Positions 52,633 to 64,000 of a stretch of 64,000 nt of DNA are shown piece after piece. Made by a program: the position numbers and the translations under genes. The notes beneath the pieces are model-generated. The model searched no databases, had not been told where the DNA came from, and saw nothing but the letters and a program-made list of their open reading frames with translations. The stretch covers positions 20,414,628-20,478,627 of the forward strand of contig OZ037767.1 in NCBI GenBank assembly GCA_964035545.1, in the 5' to 3' direction. The first letter of the stretch is position 1. Each line of letters begins with the position of its first letter. Origin of the DNA: Bugula neritina. Lineage: Eukaryota; Animalia; Bryozoa.

Positions 52633-54367
52633 ATTAGTTACTAGTTTAACTTTAATTATGTCTGTTTAATCTCATGTAGTATAATGTTTGTCAATATTTT
52701 ATATTTTATATTTTATTGTGTACCAACATCACCTTACATTCCAATCACCTTGGCAGGAATCTTAGACTGGCTATGATGTAAACAAGTTACTGAGTTATGA
52801 AATTTCATGTAGGTAAATAGTGTTATGGGATTTATATAGTTATTATTAGTAGGTATACCTAGTTTTTATCATCAAGAGGAATGAATATACACTTACAATA
52901 TTCTTAGCGAAATTATTTTGAGATCCTAACTTTATATATTTCAATTTTAACCATTTTTGTAAAAAATAAAATGTCTTCTGCTTGATAGAAAAGAAATTAA
53001 AAACACTTTTGTTTCACTGCACAGTTGAATAATTTGCTATAAATAACCAGCAAATAAACTGGATAGTAGGGAAACATAACTCCTCAAAAAAGATAGCTAA
53101 ATAACATTGTTGGAACCTGGCCATAACTTCATACATTTCTACTCACTATATAATTTACTTATAAATTATATACATTAATCTTATTTAGCACAATAATAAT
53201 ATTTTATAGCTATTGTAACTTATCACAATGCACACCATATTCTTACTTCGGAGTTGTCATCTAATTGATGAATTAATTCCCAGGTGAAAGTTTAGTCAAG
53301 AATAGCCCAAAGAGTAAATGTTCATAAAGTTAATAAATCACTCTGGATATACCTAATTCTGATTTTATGGTGGAAATCCGCAGTTTAGAGTTATTTCAAA
53401 CTCACCGAATAACATATTATGTAGTAGCCTTCAAATTAGCTCGGGTTCAGTATTTTGGTACGGGTTGTTTGGCATGGCTTTTGAAGTAACTTCAGCTTCT
53501 GTCAATATGTAGGGGGTAGAGTAAGGACTGCAGGTTTGGGTATTTGTCTGGTGGTGCTCTGCAGGTTAGAATCCTGGGCTAGCATTAACATAACACACCC
53601 AAACACATTCTATTGCATTCATACACATAAGCCCTGTTTATATTCTCCCTTTTAATTCTCTGTCCACAATCTTCGATCACTCAATCACTGTGCTCTCTCG
53701 TACACACTCTCCTTTGTATAAATTGTTACATTCATGCAGGTCACGCCTACCCTACATTTATATTATTATTAATTAATGCAACTATAATATTTGAATAGAG
53801 TTGTGCGCTCTTTATACATGTAACAACAAGAGAAGACAACTATAACTAAGATAAAAATCTCTCTGCAATTCTGATTATTCCCATTTTGACCCTGACAGTG
53901 AGGGAAATTTGCAGCCATTCAACTCGAGTTAGGTCGACCACAATGGCCAGCCAAGTCCAGCATAGTTCAGATTAGAATCTAAGTGTCCAATGCAAGCTAA
54001 GCAATTACTTGACAACGTTCCAACTCAAGTCAAGATGAATATCGATATCAGTATGAAATATCATAATCAATACGAATATTAATATGAATATCAATATGAA
54101 TAGCGAATAATTGACTTGCAGGTTGAGGTTGCAACTCTTCCAGTAACTTTAACATTAAGTTTAACTCTTGCAAATATTTAGTTATTTAATTTTTTTTTTT
54201 TTTACCTCGTAAAAATTAGAACACTCTGCTAACACCTACAGGCGCAAAATTATGAGTGCCTCTTATGTTGTTTTGTTTGGGTTTACCATGTGTTGAAATG
54301 TATCTGTTCTAGCATGTAGCTAAGTTTGGATATTTTAATTGTAATGTAAAGGGGTTTTAGCACATAG

Positions 54368-57166
54368 CTAAGCTGAGTTTGTGTTATGAGGTGGTATCCT
54401 CAAATCTCTGATGCTTCGAGGGAGAAAACTGTTGTGAAAAGTCTGTGAGGATGCAGAAATTGATGTTGGTTCTCCTCTCTTAGCAGATCGAGTGTTTATT
54501 GACCGATTTGAATTTAATAGTTCATCATAAGCAGATGAAAGCGTTTCATGGCGCTCTTCATCTGAGAGTATTCTCATTAACAAAGTTATTCTATGGTCTC
54601 TTCGCCGGCTCGCAAGAGTTTTAAGCTGCAATTCAGTTCGAGCGTCACTGATGCCACATCTTCCTTTGAGGTTAGCGATAAACCTGATGGCTTGATTTTG
54701 AACATGTTCAATTTCCTCACAGGCACTTTTGTTAGTCGGATCCCACAACGTGTCTGCATACTCAAGGATAGGTCTACATAGACTAAGGTATGCAATTAAT
54801 TTTGCCTTCATGGGTGCATTGTAGATTGTATGCTTGATACAGCCAAGTATTTTGCTTGCATTGTTGACTTTAGATGTAATATGTCTGTCAAACTTTAGGT
54901 TAGACTGCATGATTACTCCAAGATATTTGGCCTCTTTAACGGTTCTAAGAGTGGTGTTACCAAGTGAATATAGATGGGAGGTGTCATCATTTTTACCAAA
55001 TATAATCACTTCGCACTTATCGGTATTAAACGGCATTTTCCATTTAAGTGACCAGTTATAAAGTGAGTTTAGGTCTCTCTGAAAAGCTTCCTGTTGTATT
55101 TTGTTGTTAACTTCAGCATATAGAAGTGTGTCGTCAGCATATAGACTAACTTTGCATGAGACAGATTGAGGGAGATCATTGATGTAAATTAGGAAGAGTG
55201 TTGGTCCAAAAACTGATCCTTGGGGGACTCCAGATGTTACACTTAGTTCAGATGATTCTGTCCCTTTGATCACCACTTTTTGACTTCTGTCAGTCAAAAA
55301 GCTCTGTATCCAATTGGCAATAAATGGGTCAATTCCTTTAATTCGCCTGATTTTCTCTATGAGCAGTAAATGAGGAACTTTATCGAAGGCCTTTTTAAAA
55401 TCTAGAATTACTGCGTGAGTAGTTGATGAGTTGTCGGCGGCTCTTGCAAGATCATGAAAAGTTGCACACAATTGAGTGTCACATGAAAGGCCACGTCTAA
55501 ATCCATGTTGTCTATTAACCAAAATTGAATCTAGTGTTTTATTTAGATAGTGTAATATAATATGTTCTAGCATTTTGCAGGGGATACTTGTCAATGAAAT
55601 AGGTCGATAATTGCATGGCTTCTCTTTTTCACCTTTCTTATATATAGGAGTGATGTTGGCAGTCTTCCATGCACCTGGGAGCACACTTTGTTTTAACGAA
55701 GCAGCGAAGATATGCTGAAGACACTCTGCATTGATATTGGGGTTTATTAGTAATTGGCATTTGCGGATCTGGTCTGGGCCGGGAGATTTATTATTTTTAA
55801 GGTCAGCAATAAGTTTTTCAACACCATCTAATGTGATGGGAAATGGTTCCGTTTGAGTTGAAAGAAGTGGGAGTTTTGATATACTTTCTTGGTGGCAGAA
55901 CTGTGAGTGAAAGTATTTATTTAGTTCGTTGGTGATTATCTTACTGTCAGTGGTTGGAAGGCCATCCATAAGTGTCATAGTCTCTAAAGGATGCTGTTGA
56001 TTTTGTTTGTACCTAAGATGTTTGTAAAAAGGTTTGCTGTTCCCCTTTTCCAAGGGTTTACAAATTTTATATAGCAAATAATTCTTTTTGAGCTTTTTGA
56101 GTTCTTTCTTGTTGTTCCGGCGGTGCTGCTTATATTTATTTAAGTAGTATGGATCTCCAGTTTGTTTGTACTTTCTGTGTGTATTGTGTTGCTTGTCTAT
56201 CATTTTTTTAATATGTTTGTTAAACCAAGGTGGTTGATCTTCATTTCTGACATGTATAGTTTCGAGTGGAACAGAATCAAGTATGGCTTCATCAAGTGAT
56301 CTTTTGTAAATATCCCACATTTTATGAACATCACTTAGGTTTTTAATTTGATGAAGAGCTTCAGTCATTTTTTCAGTAAAGACTTGAACGTTTGCCTTCT
56401 GATAGACAAAGATTTCCTTGGTATTTTTACAATTGTGTTGTTGGTGCATCATTGTTTCTACTTTAAGCTTCAGGGTTATAATATAGTGGTCGCTTAGGCC
56501 AGGGATTACCACATCTGGGGGATCTGTTGTAAGGGTGTTAGAGAGGCATATCAGATCAAGAGTGTTTCCGTGAATGTGTGTAGGTTCTGTAACCATCTGG
56601 TATAAGTTATGTTCGTAAAGCATATTGAGAAATTGTAGATGGATAGCTTTGTAGGATGAATTGGGTTTAATAGTTTTGGTAACCCAGTCTAGTCCTGGGA
56701 GATTCATATCACCAAGTAAAATTATGTTGCAGTTGGAATATTTATATTTGATGGAGCTAAGTATGTTACTAATTTGTTTGATATTTGGAGTTGATGTCCT
56801 CGGTCTATAGTAACAACATATAACTAGGTTAGTTGGAATAAGGATAATTACTATTTCTTCATTATAAGTTTCAACGGAAACATTTCTGGCTTTAAGCTTT
56901 GCTTTGATTGCAATCATGACTCCTCCTCCGTGTATGTTTCTGTCATTTCTAAAGAAGTCTAAACCAGGTGTTTCGATTACAGTCTTGCTGGGAATAGATT
57001 GATCAATATGCGTTTCAGTTAAGCAGATCAAATCATAGTTTTTAGTTAGAGCGGTGATTTCCGCTGTTTTTCCTTTGACTGACCTGGCATTAGCAAGAAA
57101 AAGATTTAGATCTGAGATAGTTTTGTTTGTTGGTCTTCCGGTTTCAACTTCTCCCAGTTTCCCGAT
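54368..57166 (-). CDS. LINE ORF2: APE endonuclease plus reverse transcriptase (932 codons stop-to-stop, no 5' ATG)
   Basis: The frame is open 45 codons upstream of the listed TTG start (…DLNLFLANARSVKGK…YDLICLTET). APE motifs NARS, LTET, GDMN, TLDL, SDH; RT motifs YRPISL, QHGF, DFKKAFD, GVPQGS, YADD, KYLG. Confidence 0.93.
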   Translation of the reverse strand: MGKLGEVETGRPTNKTISDLNLFLANARSVKGKTAEITALTKNYDLICLTETHIDQSIPSKTVIETPGLDFFRNDRNIHGGGVMIAIKAKLKARNVSVETYNEEIVIILIPTNLVICCYYRPRTSTPNIKQISNILSSIKYKYSNCNIILLGDMNLPGLDWVTKTIKPNSSYKAIHLQFLNMLYEHNLYQMVTEPTHIHGNTLDLICLSNTLTTDPPDVVIPGLSDHYIITLKLKVETMMHQQHNCKNTKEIFVYQKANVQVFTEKMTEALHQIKNLSDVHKMWDIYKRSLDEAILDSVPLETIHVRNEDQPPWFNKHIKKMIDKQHNTHRKYKQTGDPYYLNKYKQHRRNNKKELKKLKKNYLLYKICKPLEKGNSKPFYKHLRYKQNQQHPLETMTLMDGLPTTDSKIITNELNKYFHSQFCHQESISKLPLLSTQTEPFPITLDGVEKLIADLKNNKSPGPDQIRKCQLLINPNINAECLQHIFAASLKQSVLPGAWKTANITPIYKKGEKEKPCNYRPISLTSIPCKMLEHIILHYLNKTLDSILVNRQHGFRRGLSCDTQLCATFHDLARAADNSSTTHAVILDFKKAFDKVPHLLLIEKIRRIKGIDPFIANWIQSFLTDRSQKVVIKGTESSELSVTSGVPQGSVFGPTLFLIYINDLPQSVSCKVSLYADDTLLYAEVNNKIQQEAFQRDLNSLYNWSLKWKMPFNTDKCEVIIFGKNDDTSHLYSLGNTTLRTVKEAKYLGVIMQSNLKFDRHITSKVNNASKILGCIKHTIYNAPMKAKLIAYLSLCRPILEYADTLWDPTNKSACEEIEHVQNQAIRFIANLKGRCGISDARTELQLKTLASRRRDHRITLLMRILSDEERHETLSSAYDELLNSNRSINTRSAKRGEPTSISASSQTFHNSFLPRSIRDLRIPPHNTNSA

Positions 57167-58116
57167 TCAGCTTTTTTTTGAATGTTGAAATCCCTGATTC
57201 GAAATTGTATGGTTGGCTGCTCCTCTTTTAGTTTTTTAACCTGTTGGCGAAGAGTGTACTTTTTGTCCCTGGTTTCTTTGTTCATGTCCAGCTTGCAGAA
57301 CAAAGAGTCTGCGCGCAAGGCATGATTTACTCGTTTTAAAAATTCCCACTTGGACCTTTCATCTTCAAATCGCAGTTTTATAGGGCGATTTTTGTTTTCA
57401 GTCTTAGGACCAAGCCTAATTGCTTGAACTGGCTTGTTAAAATTCTTAAATAGTTCTTTGGACATTAAATTCATCACATCTTGTATTGCAGTATCTCTTT
57501 CAGTTAGGCCATACAAAATTGCATTGGATTTTCTCGCTTCGTTGTCCTTTTTGTCCATCTCTGATGCCAGTAGTGCTTGGCTGGTTGTGGTCATTTGCAG
57601 GGTTTTTTTGGTGTTATTCGCAATTTCAGTATTTTTGCTGGTAATATCAGCCCAGGTTTTTTGGAGGGTACTGACTTCGTCATTGCTGTGTTGATGGTAT
57701 TTTTCTAATTTTCTCTCTAGTTTAGAAATTTGTTGATTAATGCTGTGAAGCATTTTCATATGTTGTGTATTGCCACCATCATCTTTTTGAGAGGAACACT
57801 CATCACAAAACCACCTAACACCTCTGTCCGATAGTCTAGTGATGGAATTCACCTCAGATGGCTGGAGGCCCTGGCATGTTCCATGGTACCATTTTAGGCA
57901 CACATCACAAGATATCCATTTTGAAGCAGCTTTTTGTTGTTTTCCGCCTTTAGTGAGAAGAAAACATTCTTTTTTGGAGCATGATGCGCATAACTCATTT
58001 AGGTCTGTATTGTTGTCATCTGTAGTAGATTCCAACTGAGAGCGTTGTAGAGGGGGAAAGTCACCTCCACTATGACCAATTTGGTCTTGAGACTGAGTGA
58101 GTGTGGGAAATGACAT
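57106..58116 (-). CDS. LINE ORF1 with PHD finger, coiled coil and RRM-like region, 336 aa
   Basis: First ATG at 58116. C4HC3 PHD (CASC…WISCDVCLKWYHGTC…WFCDEC) followed by RKSNAILYGL…RLGPK…RPIKLRF, typical of CR1/L2-group ORF1. Confidence 0.9.
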   Translation of the reverse strand: MSFPTLTQSQDQIGHSGGDFPPLQRSQLESTTDDNNTDLNELCASCSKKECFLLTKGGKQQKAASKWISCDVCLKWYHGTCQGLQPSEVNSITRLSDRGVRWFCDECSSQKDDGGNTQHMKMLHSINQQISKLERKLEKYHQHSNDEVSTLQKTWADITSKNTEIANNTKKTLQMTTTSQALLASEMDKKDNEARKSNAILYGLTERDTAIQDVMNLMSKELFKNFNKPVQAIRLGPKTENKNRPIKLRFEDERSKWEFLKRVNHALRADSLFCKLDMNKETRDKKYTLRQQVKKLKEEQPTIQFRIRDFNIQKKAESGNWEKLKPEDQQTKLSQI

Positions 58117-59806
58117 ACCTATACTTATAATATTTAATTCTAAATGATACACCAAAACTATCAAGTGTTAAGGCTATCAATGACCAAGCTAGGCACTATC
58201 AATATCACTATGTGTATGAGTGTTACTTGAACTTAAAGCTACAACTACTAGTACAAAAACCTCAGAAAGAGTTACGGTTACTTTTCTATTGACATTATCA
58301 TTGTATGATGAAAAAAATAATATTAAAATTATAATTAATAACATAAGAATATTAATATAATATTATTATTAATAATATCACTATCAGCATCACTACGTAC
58401 ATGCCGAGGTGAACACAGGATACCAACCTTTCAGTAAGCTTCAACGTATAAATTAAAGAGTAACATTTAACTTTTAAAGTTATAATTACACCTACTCGTA
58501 GTCTTACACTAAGTCTAACACTTAAAGTAGTGAGTAGTACTAGTCGCAATACTTTCAGTGTCACTTTGTCTTTGCTCGGAATAAATATTCATATTGGTTA
58601 ATAAATAATAATAATAAATATTAATATGAATATCATAATCAAGTGATCAATATCAGTATTAACATCACTGACTTTCATATCACTATAAGTATAAGTATAA
58701 CATTAACTGAAAGTATAAGTATATAGATATGGAATTGGATATCAACTTCAAGATGAAATGTAGTATAAATATAATAAAAAATTATATTACATTTAGTTTT
58801 ACTGATTATTACTAGGCCTATAACTTTACCACTATGATTATCATTTCAATTATTATAACAATGATAATGATCATTGTGAGTTCATTATCATGCATTCTGA
58901 TTTATTTTTGATTTTATAACTATTGCTTTAATTTTAGTCATCTAAATAATAATTTTATGAATATTGTTATAATTATAAAATTGTTATTTATACTTGAAGA
59001 CTGTAATTAGAATTGTAGTAATAGTTATGATAACTATATGGTTGTAACCACTGATACATATTGTAACATAAGGTATAACATGCCTTAGGCTTAAGATGTG
59101 TCCAGCGAGTCCTTCTTGGTTGTATGTTCAGTAAATAAAGATGCAGTCTTGGGTATTCGAGTCTTGAGTTTATAGTAATAATACTAGCTTTGTTTTGACA
59201 TAATAGTTGTATTGTTGTATAGTTACATGTAAAATCCTATAGTTTCAATTCCCTATCATATCTAAATAATATTAGTGAAAAAAAATAGAATTTAGTGCTA
59301 AATTTAAAAATTGACAACAAGTTAACCTTATTATAATGTAATAATGATACATCATTGTATGATAAACTCTTCTAACTGTTAGCTAGAATATTTGAATATT
59401 ATATCCTTTGGAGTTGTATTGACCTGTATTAATGTGAACGTTTTCTGCCAATTCATTAATAGTTTTATTGTAAGCTTTGTAAATTTAATTGCACTAGGCC
59501 TTTAATGAATGATGTTATAGCAATGCTTCATGTAATGCAATTCATTTATATTTTAAAGATGACAGTAATAAGGCGAAGGAAAGGTCAGCCGAAATGTGAA
59601 CATTTGTCTGCTGAGCATAGCAACAGGTGAACAAATTACTTATGTTTAAAATTTTTAGAAGTTAACTAAAACTTTACTAAAGCAACAAACATTTGATTAA
59701 TAATTTATAAAAGAGTGTTGATGACACAACTAAATTCAGGTTGCATTCTGTTCCTTGAGCCATATATATTCTTACTCTAGCTGTTTTGTTCCTTGCGAGT
59801 AATGAG

Positions 59807-60217
59807 CAGGGTTTCGATAATTGTAATTGGTTGTAATTAATTGCATTTTTTAAAGTAATTGTATGTAATTTGTAATTGATGTATAAAATGTAATTGTAAC
59901 TAATTACATGGCTAATGTAATTGGTTTTTACAATTACTTTATAATTACATAACAATTACTTCAAATTTTTGAATTTTTTAAAATTCATTCTTTTCCTACC
60001 ATGCCTACTGTTAAATAAAAATTTCATATTAATTGAATGTGGTTTTGTGTCACCTATAAATCACTATTTTGAAAAAAGAAGGTTCACCACTGCTAAAACT
60101 GCTTCAGATAGTTGGACCCCAGAAGTGGGATTATATAACTTCTATGTGTCCCTTGTGGGAACAAAAGTAATTGTAATTGTAATTAATTACATTCATATGT
60201 AATTGAACCCAACCCTG
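59807..60217. mobile_element. hAT-like non-autonomous element (CAGGGTT…AACCCTG) with internal GTAATT repeats, just upstream of the PIGV coding start
   Basis: 7-bp terminal inverted repeat and subterminal gtaatt/aattac arrays. The 8-bp flanks match at only 5 of 8 positions (gtaatgag/ctaaggaa). Confidence 0.55.
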
Positions 60218-60295
60218 CTAAGGAAGTTGATCGTTATATATAATAACATTTATTCTACAATTATAGATGCAAGCATTTTGTATCTGTTTTTTATA

Positions 60296-62963
60296 ATGGG
60301 TGGTTGTTGTAGAAAGAATGAAAGTGATATGGTTTGGTACACTCCAAGAAAAGCCATCATGTTTGCCGTCTACAGTCGGATTATTGTACTTGTTATCCAG
60401 GTACTTTGGACACTATAGTACAGATATTGTGATTGGTAGATTTAGTAAATCATGAAAACTATACTACACATGCTGTGATTGGTAAGTTTAGTAAGTTTCA
60501 AATTTATAATGATGCAGAAAATTTTTTATAGACACAATCCTGCAAAGAGTTCTTCTGGTTTAGGTGATGGCAAACTATCTCTTAGCTGATCACGAACCCG
60601 ATGTCTTCAACCCACCAGACGTAGAGGAGCCAGTTGGCTCATTGGATCCGGCTGTCGAGTTCCTCCTTGGAGGGTTCAGACGCTGGGACAGTATATACAT
60701 GCTACACATCGCAGAGCATGGCTATACATACGAGAATACTGTTGCCTTCTTCCCCGCGTTTCCTTTGTTGGTTAAAGGAAGTGAGTTACGCTTGAGAAAT
60801 CCTGTCATTTGCTACATGTGGACAAACGCTGTACATTTGTAATATGTACTTTAATTATGACATATTTATGTATATCTTATTCAAGTTGTGCACAATGCAT
60901 TAATACACAAGAGATGCGCATTTACTATCAACAGATCGGTGAACTACTCGTAGTAATGTGACTAAAAGCCTGCTCCTATAAACCAACTTTTTAGACCAGC
61001 TCTATAGACTAGTTCTATAAACCAGGTCTATAAACTACTGGCACACTATTGCTATTGATACTTTAATGTGCCTTCTGATTTACTCAAGCAAATGCCTTAT
61101 TACCTTGTCGTGTATGTTTCAGTTGGTATGAGTTTGCTGTATCCTTTACAACATCTCATGACATTCAGACATGTGCTAATGGTGTCGGCGTTTCTCCTGA
61201 ACTTTACCTGTTTTCTGACAGCCGCCTGGTATCTGTATCACCTTTCAACTATCCTAATTGGGAAAGGTAAGGGAGTTGTCTATCTTCTCTTGGTACAAAC
61301 TGCTCTAGTAAAGTGGTGGAAACAGTAAAAACAAAAGATCTTACCACTGTTTGCTGTGTGAAGAAAGCATTTTAAAAATGTTATCTGTTAGTTGATAAGT
61401 TGTGGGAAGTTTAGTCACATTTTAGAAATCTTGCTATTAGTTGAGAATTCATCTAGTATAAAGATAATACGTGTGACATGATTTCTATGTACTACAGTGC
61501 TCCTCCCATATCTCACAATTCCATGTCTCACGAAATTCTAGGGTCATGAAAAGGGCTTAGACCCCTGTTTTGCGGCTTATGTATGGGACAGAATGGCCGA
61601 ATTTACCAGATCTGTGAGTTAAATATGTTATACTACTATGTCACTAATTGAGATTTTGGGACCCGCAGCTCAGTGAGATACGGAGGGAGCACTGTATACA
61701 TGTACTCATCTTTTGCTTGAGCTCACTCACTTGAGTACAATCCCCGTTACAGGAAATCGTCCCTGGTTCTCAGTTCTGGCGTTCAGTTTCAATCCTGCCA
61801 GCATATTCATGTCAGCAGCTTACAGTGAGACGCTGTTTGTCATGCTGACGTTAGCAGTGATGTATCATGTGGAGAAGAAGCAGTGTGTTAAAGCTACCAT
61901 TGCCCTAGCCTTAGCCACCGCTACCCGATCAAACGGGGTGGTGCTGGCCGGCTACCCTCTCTACTTCTTGTTAAAGACGCTGTTCACATCAGATCAATAC
62001 CCCAGACGCATTGGAATGATCAGGTTAGTGAGATATGCCCTAAATAGTTTACACCAAGCTCAATGAAGTTAGACATTTGTTTTGATGGCCAAGTTTTAGC
62101 AGTGAGCAGTGTCTGCTTTATACTCGTCTTTGCTAAAGCAGACTTGGTAATTTCTGGAATTCACCATTGTTATGGCTTCTGACATGTGCAGTGTAAGTTT
62201 AGCTATTTTCTACACAGCCGTCGCGCTACTATTAGGTTTAATAACCAATAAATGTTTCATTTTAAGTGCTCTGTGGAAGGACACACAATTTACTGCATAG
62301 ACATGTTGTTTCAGAGACTGGATGAAATGGTTCTCCTGTGTCTTGTATGGTTTGCTGCCATTCCTTGTCTTCCAGTACATGTGCTACGTCGTGTACTGTA
62401 AGGGGCATGTGTATAGGAAGGCTGTACCTTCTCTACTGATAGACTACGCCAAAGACCGTGGTTACCATGTTCCCAGCGATGAGCCTAGCCAGTGGTGTTA
62501 CCATCAGATACCGTATGCATATGGATACATACAGAAACACCACTGGAATGTTGGTCTAGGAAACTATTTTGAACTGAAACAGATTCCTAACTTCTTACTA
62601 GCCACTCCAGTGGTAATACTCTCTCTGTACAGTGTATTTGATTGTATTGCAGAGTTTCACATTAGTTATCAGCAAAGCCCGTCTTTCAGGTCATGGGTAA
62701 AAGGCAAACCGATGATGTACACACCTTACCTATTACACTTACTCTTTCTGGTGCTTTACGGGGTACTTACAGTTCATGTACAAATTTTAACTAGACTCAT
62801 TTACTCTTCCAGTCCACTTATTTATATTTCTGTATCTAAAATGTTAGCCAAGTGTACCAAAACCCTTCAACCGTCCTTTCCGCTGAAACTCATCATCTGG
62901 TACCACTTTCTGTTTATTATCTTAGGTACCATCATGCATACCAATTTCTATCCCTGGACATAG
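60296..62963 (+). CDS. PIGV: GPI mannosyltransferase 2, about 461 aa, 5 exons
   Basis: Exons 60296-60400, 60564-60780, 61123-61266, 61753-62023, 62315-62963 splice in frame. Motifs GFRRWDSIYMLHIAEHGYTYENTVAFFPAFP, FNPASIFMSAAYSETLF, ATRSNG, YIQKHHWNVG, QIPNFLLATP, HVQILTRL and the C-terminal HTNFYPWT. Confidence 0.96.
61495..61694. mobile_element. 200-bp Tc1/mariner (pogo/Tigger-like) MITE with TA target duplication in PIGV intron 3
   Basis: TA|CAGTGCTCCTCCCATATCTCAC … GTGAGATACGGAGGGAGCACTG|TA; imperfect TIRs of about 22 bp. Confidence 0.85.
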
Positions 62964-63404
62964 TTTCAATTTTTTATACTGGTTTATTTTATTGCTGTTG
63001 ATATTAAATCACAAATATTTAATTCTTAACATTATTTTTACAAATCAAAATATATCAAATCTAAATAATAACACAACGTTATAGAGTATAGACTCTAAAC
63101 AACTTATTTTATGTTGGTTATTCTTTTCTATTATTTGCTGGCCAGAGGTCTGTTTTTATAATATTTTTCAATGAAAACGTGTACATTTAAATACAGAAGT
63201 TTTATTAAATAAAGAATAAAAATATTAGAACACTCTTTTGACAAGAAACGCACACCTTAAGAGTGCTATTAGTAAGTGTTTCTAGGTGCTTGCATGCTAG
63301 GAACAGTCCATATGTATGACCCCATGTGCGATCTGTAACCTCTGTGTATTGACCTGTGACCTCTGTGTGTGTGACCTTAGCATGTGAACCCCTTCATAGC
63401 ACCT

Positions 63405-63754
63405 TTACATGTGACTTCTTCTGAACATTACTAGGCCTTCCCCACCAACAACTAGCAAATCTCTGCAAAGTGAAACAGTATTGTTACATAATGCATGCAA
63501 ACGACTATACTGCTACTATTAGTGTGTGTATATGTATATATGTATGTATAATATGTTATACACGTATACATGTTTAATACTAACAACTTCCATTTACCTA
63601 TAACAGCATAGGGTACTGACGTCTGCAACTGAAACAAACTTTGAAGACTCAACACTCCACTCTTTGTCATCACTGGGACTTGCCCGTGACCACATGTGCA
63701 GACGTTGGTCAATAGAGACTGATACGAATGTATCTGCGGTCAGTGATTGGATAC
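63405..63754 (-). CDS. WDR6: WD repeat protein 6 (Trm734 homologue), last two coding exons; the gene continues beyond the window
   Basis: Exons 63754-63598 and 63462-63405 give GIQSLTADTFVSVSIDQRLHMW…FVSVADVSTLCCYRDLLVVGGEGLVMF, matching the WDR6 C-terminus (SIDQRL…W…V.DV…GG.GL). Confidence 0.75.
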
Positions 63755-64000
63755 CTTCAACGAAGAGCATAGATAGTTTGGAGAAACGTTTGCATGTAAT
63801 GGCAGAGAAGTAAGTTTTTAGTGACATGAAACATGCTATGCAAAGCTGAACAAAATACTAAATAGTTATTCAATTTCAATAAGAACAGAATTATGTGGAA
63901 TGGAAAGTATGCAGCATTGAGGAGCTGCACCAGATGTGAGGTAGGAGTGGTACAAAGACTCGGCGTCTGGTAACACATACTAGCTGCCTAATACAACCAC

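Larger units (their letters stand above)
54190..58170 (-). mobile_element. Apparently intact CR1/L2-group LINE retrotransposon (5' end not defined)
   Basis: Two uninterrupted ORFs, a 164-nt 3' UTR with a stem-loop (54220-54260) and an A14 tail (T-run at 54190-54203). Confidence 0.93.

Noticed and set aside
53240-53600. Possible extra exon(s) between paralog B and the LINE
   Set aside because: Only short frames with no recognisable homology or consistent splice chain.
54030-58660. Target-site duplication for the full-length LINE (aatattaatatgaatatca occurs on both sides)
   Set aside because: The match is in low-complexity DNA and about 100 nt from the poly(A) tail, so it cannot be called a TSD. 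The element's 5' end remains undefined.
63757-63978. 73-aa ORF as a further WDR6 exon
   Set aside because: It lacks the expected AH(A/S)..V(T/S) motif before the G|IQSL exon and has no suitable donor; probably intron.

Overview
AT-rich, intron-rich animal (invertebrate-like) nuclear DNA with GT-AG introns. It is not prokaryotic, and I found no CRISPR, rRNA or tRNA. Hand-spliced gene models, in order: EXOC2/Sec5 (-, 19 coding exons), a CLIC-family gene (+, 6 exons), profilin-4-like (-, 4 exons) head-to-head with a FAM228-like gene (+, 8 exons), GTF3C5 (-, 10 exons), two tandem 4-TM MS4A/CD20-like paralogs (+, 5 exons each), an intact CR1/L2-group LINE (-, PHD-finger ORF1 plus APE-RT ORF2), PIGV (+, 5 exons) and the last two exons of WDR6 (-). 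There are also an RTE-LINE 3' fragment with TSD, two MITEs and a GC-rich 117-nt hairpin element. Two signals stand out. First, many unrelated intronic minisatellites are anchored at splice sites, and several amplify the exon-intron junction itself into arrays of duplicate donors or acceptors. Second, LINE ORF2 has no usable ATG, overlaps ORF1 in the -1 frame, and its frame opens just before an in-phase G_GGA_AAC slippery heptamer, suggesting -1 ribosomal frameshifting. Gene names come from my recognition of the protein sequences; no database searches were run.
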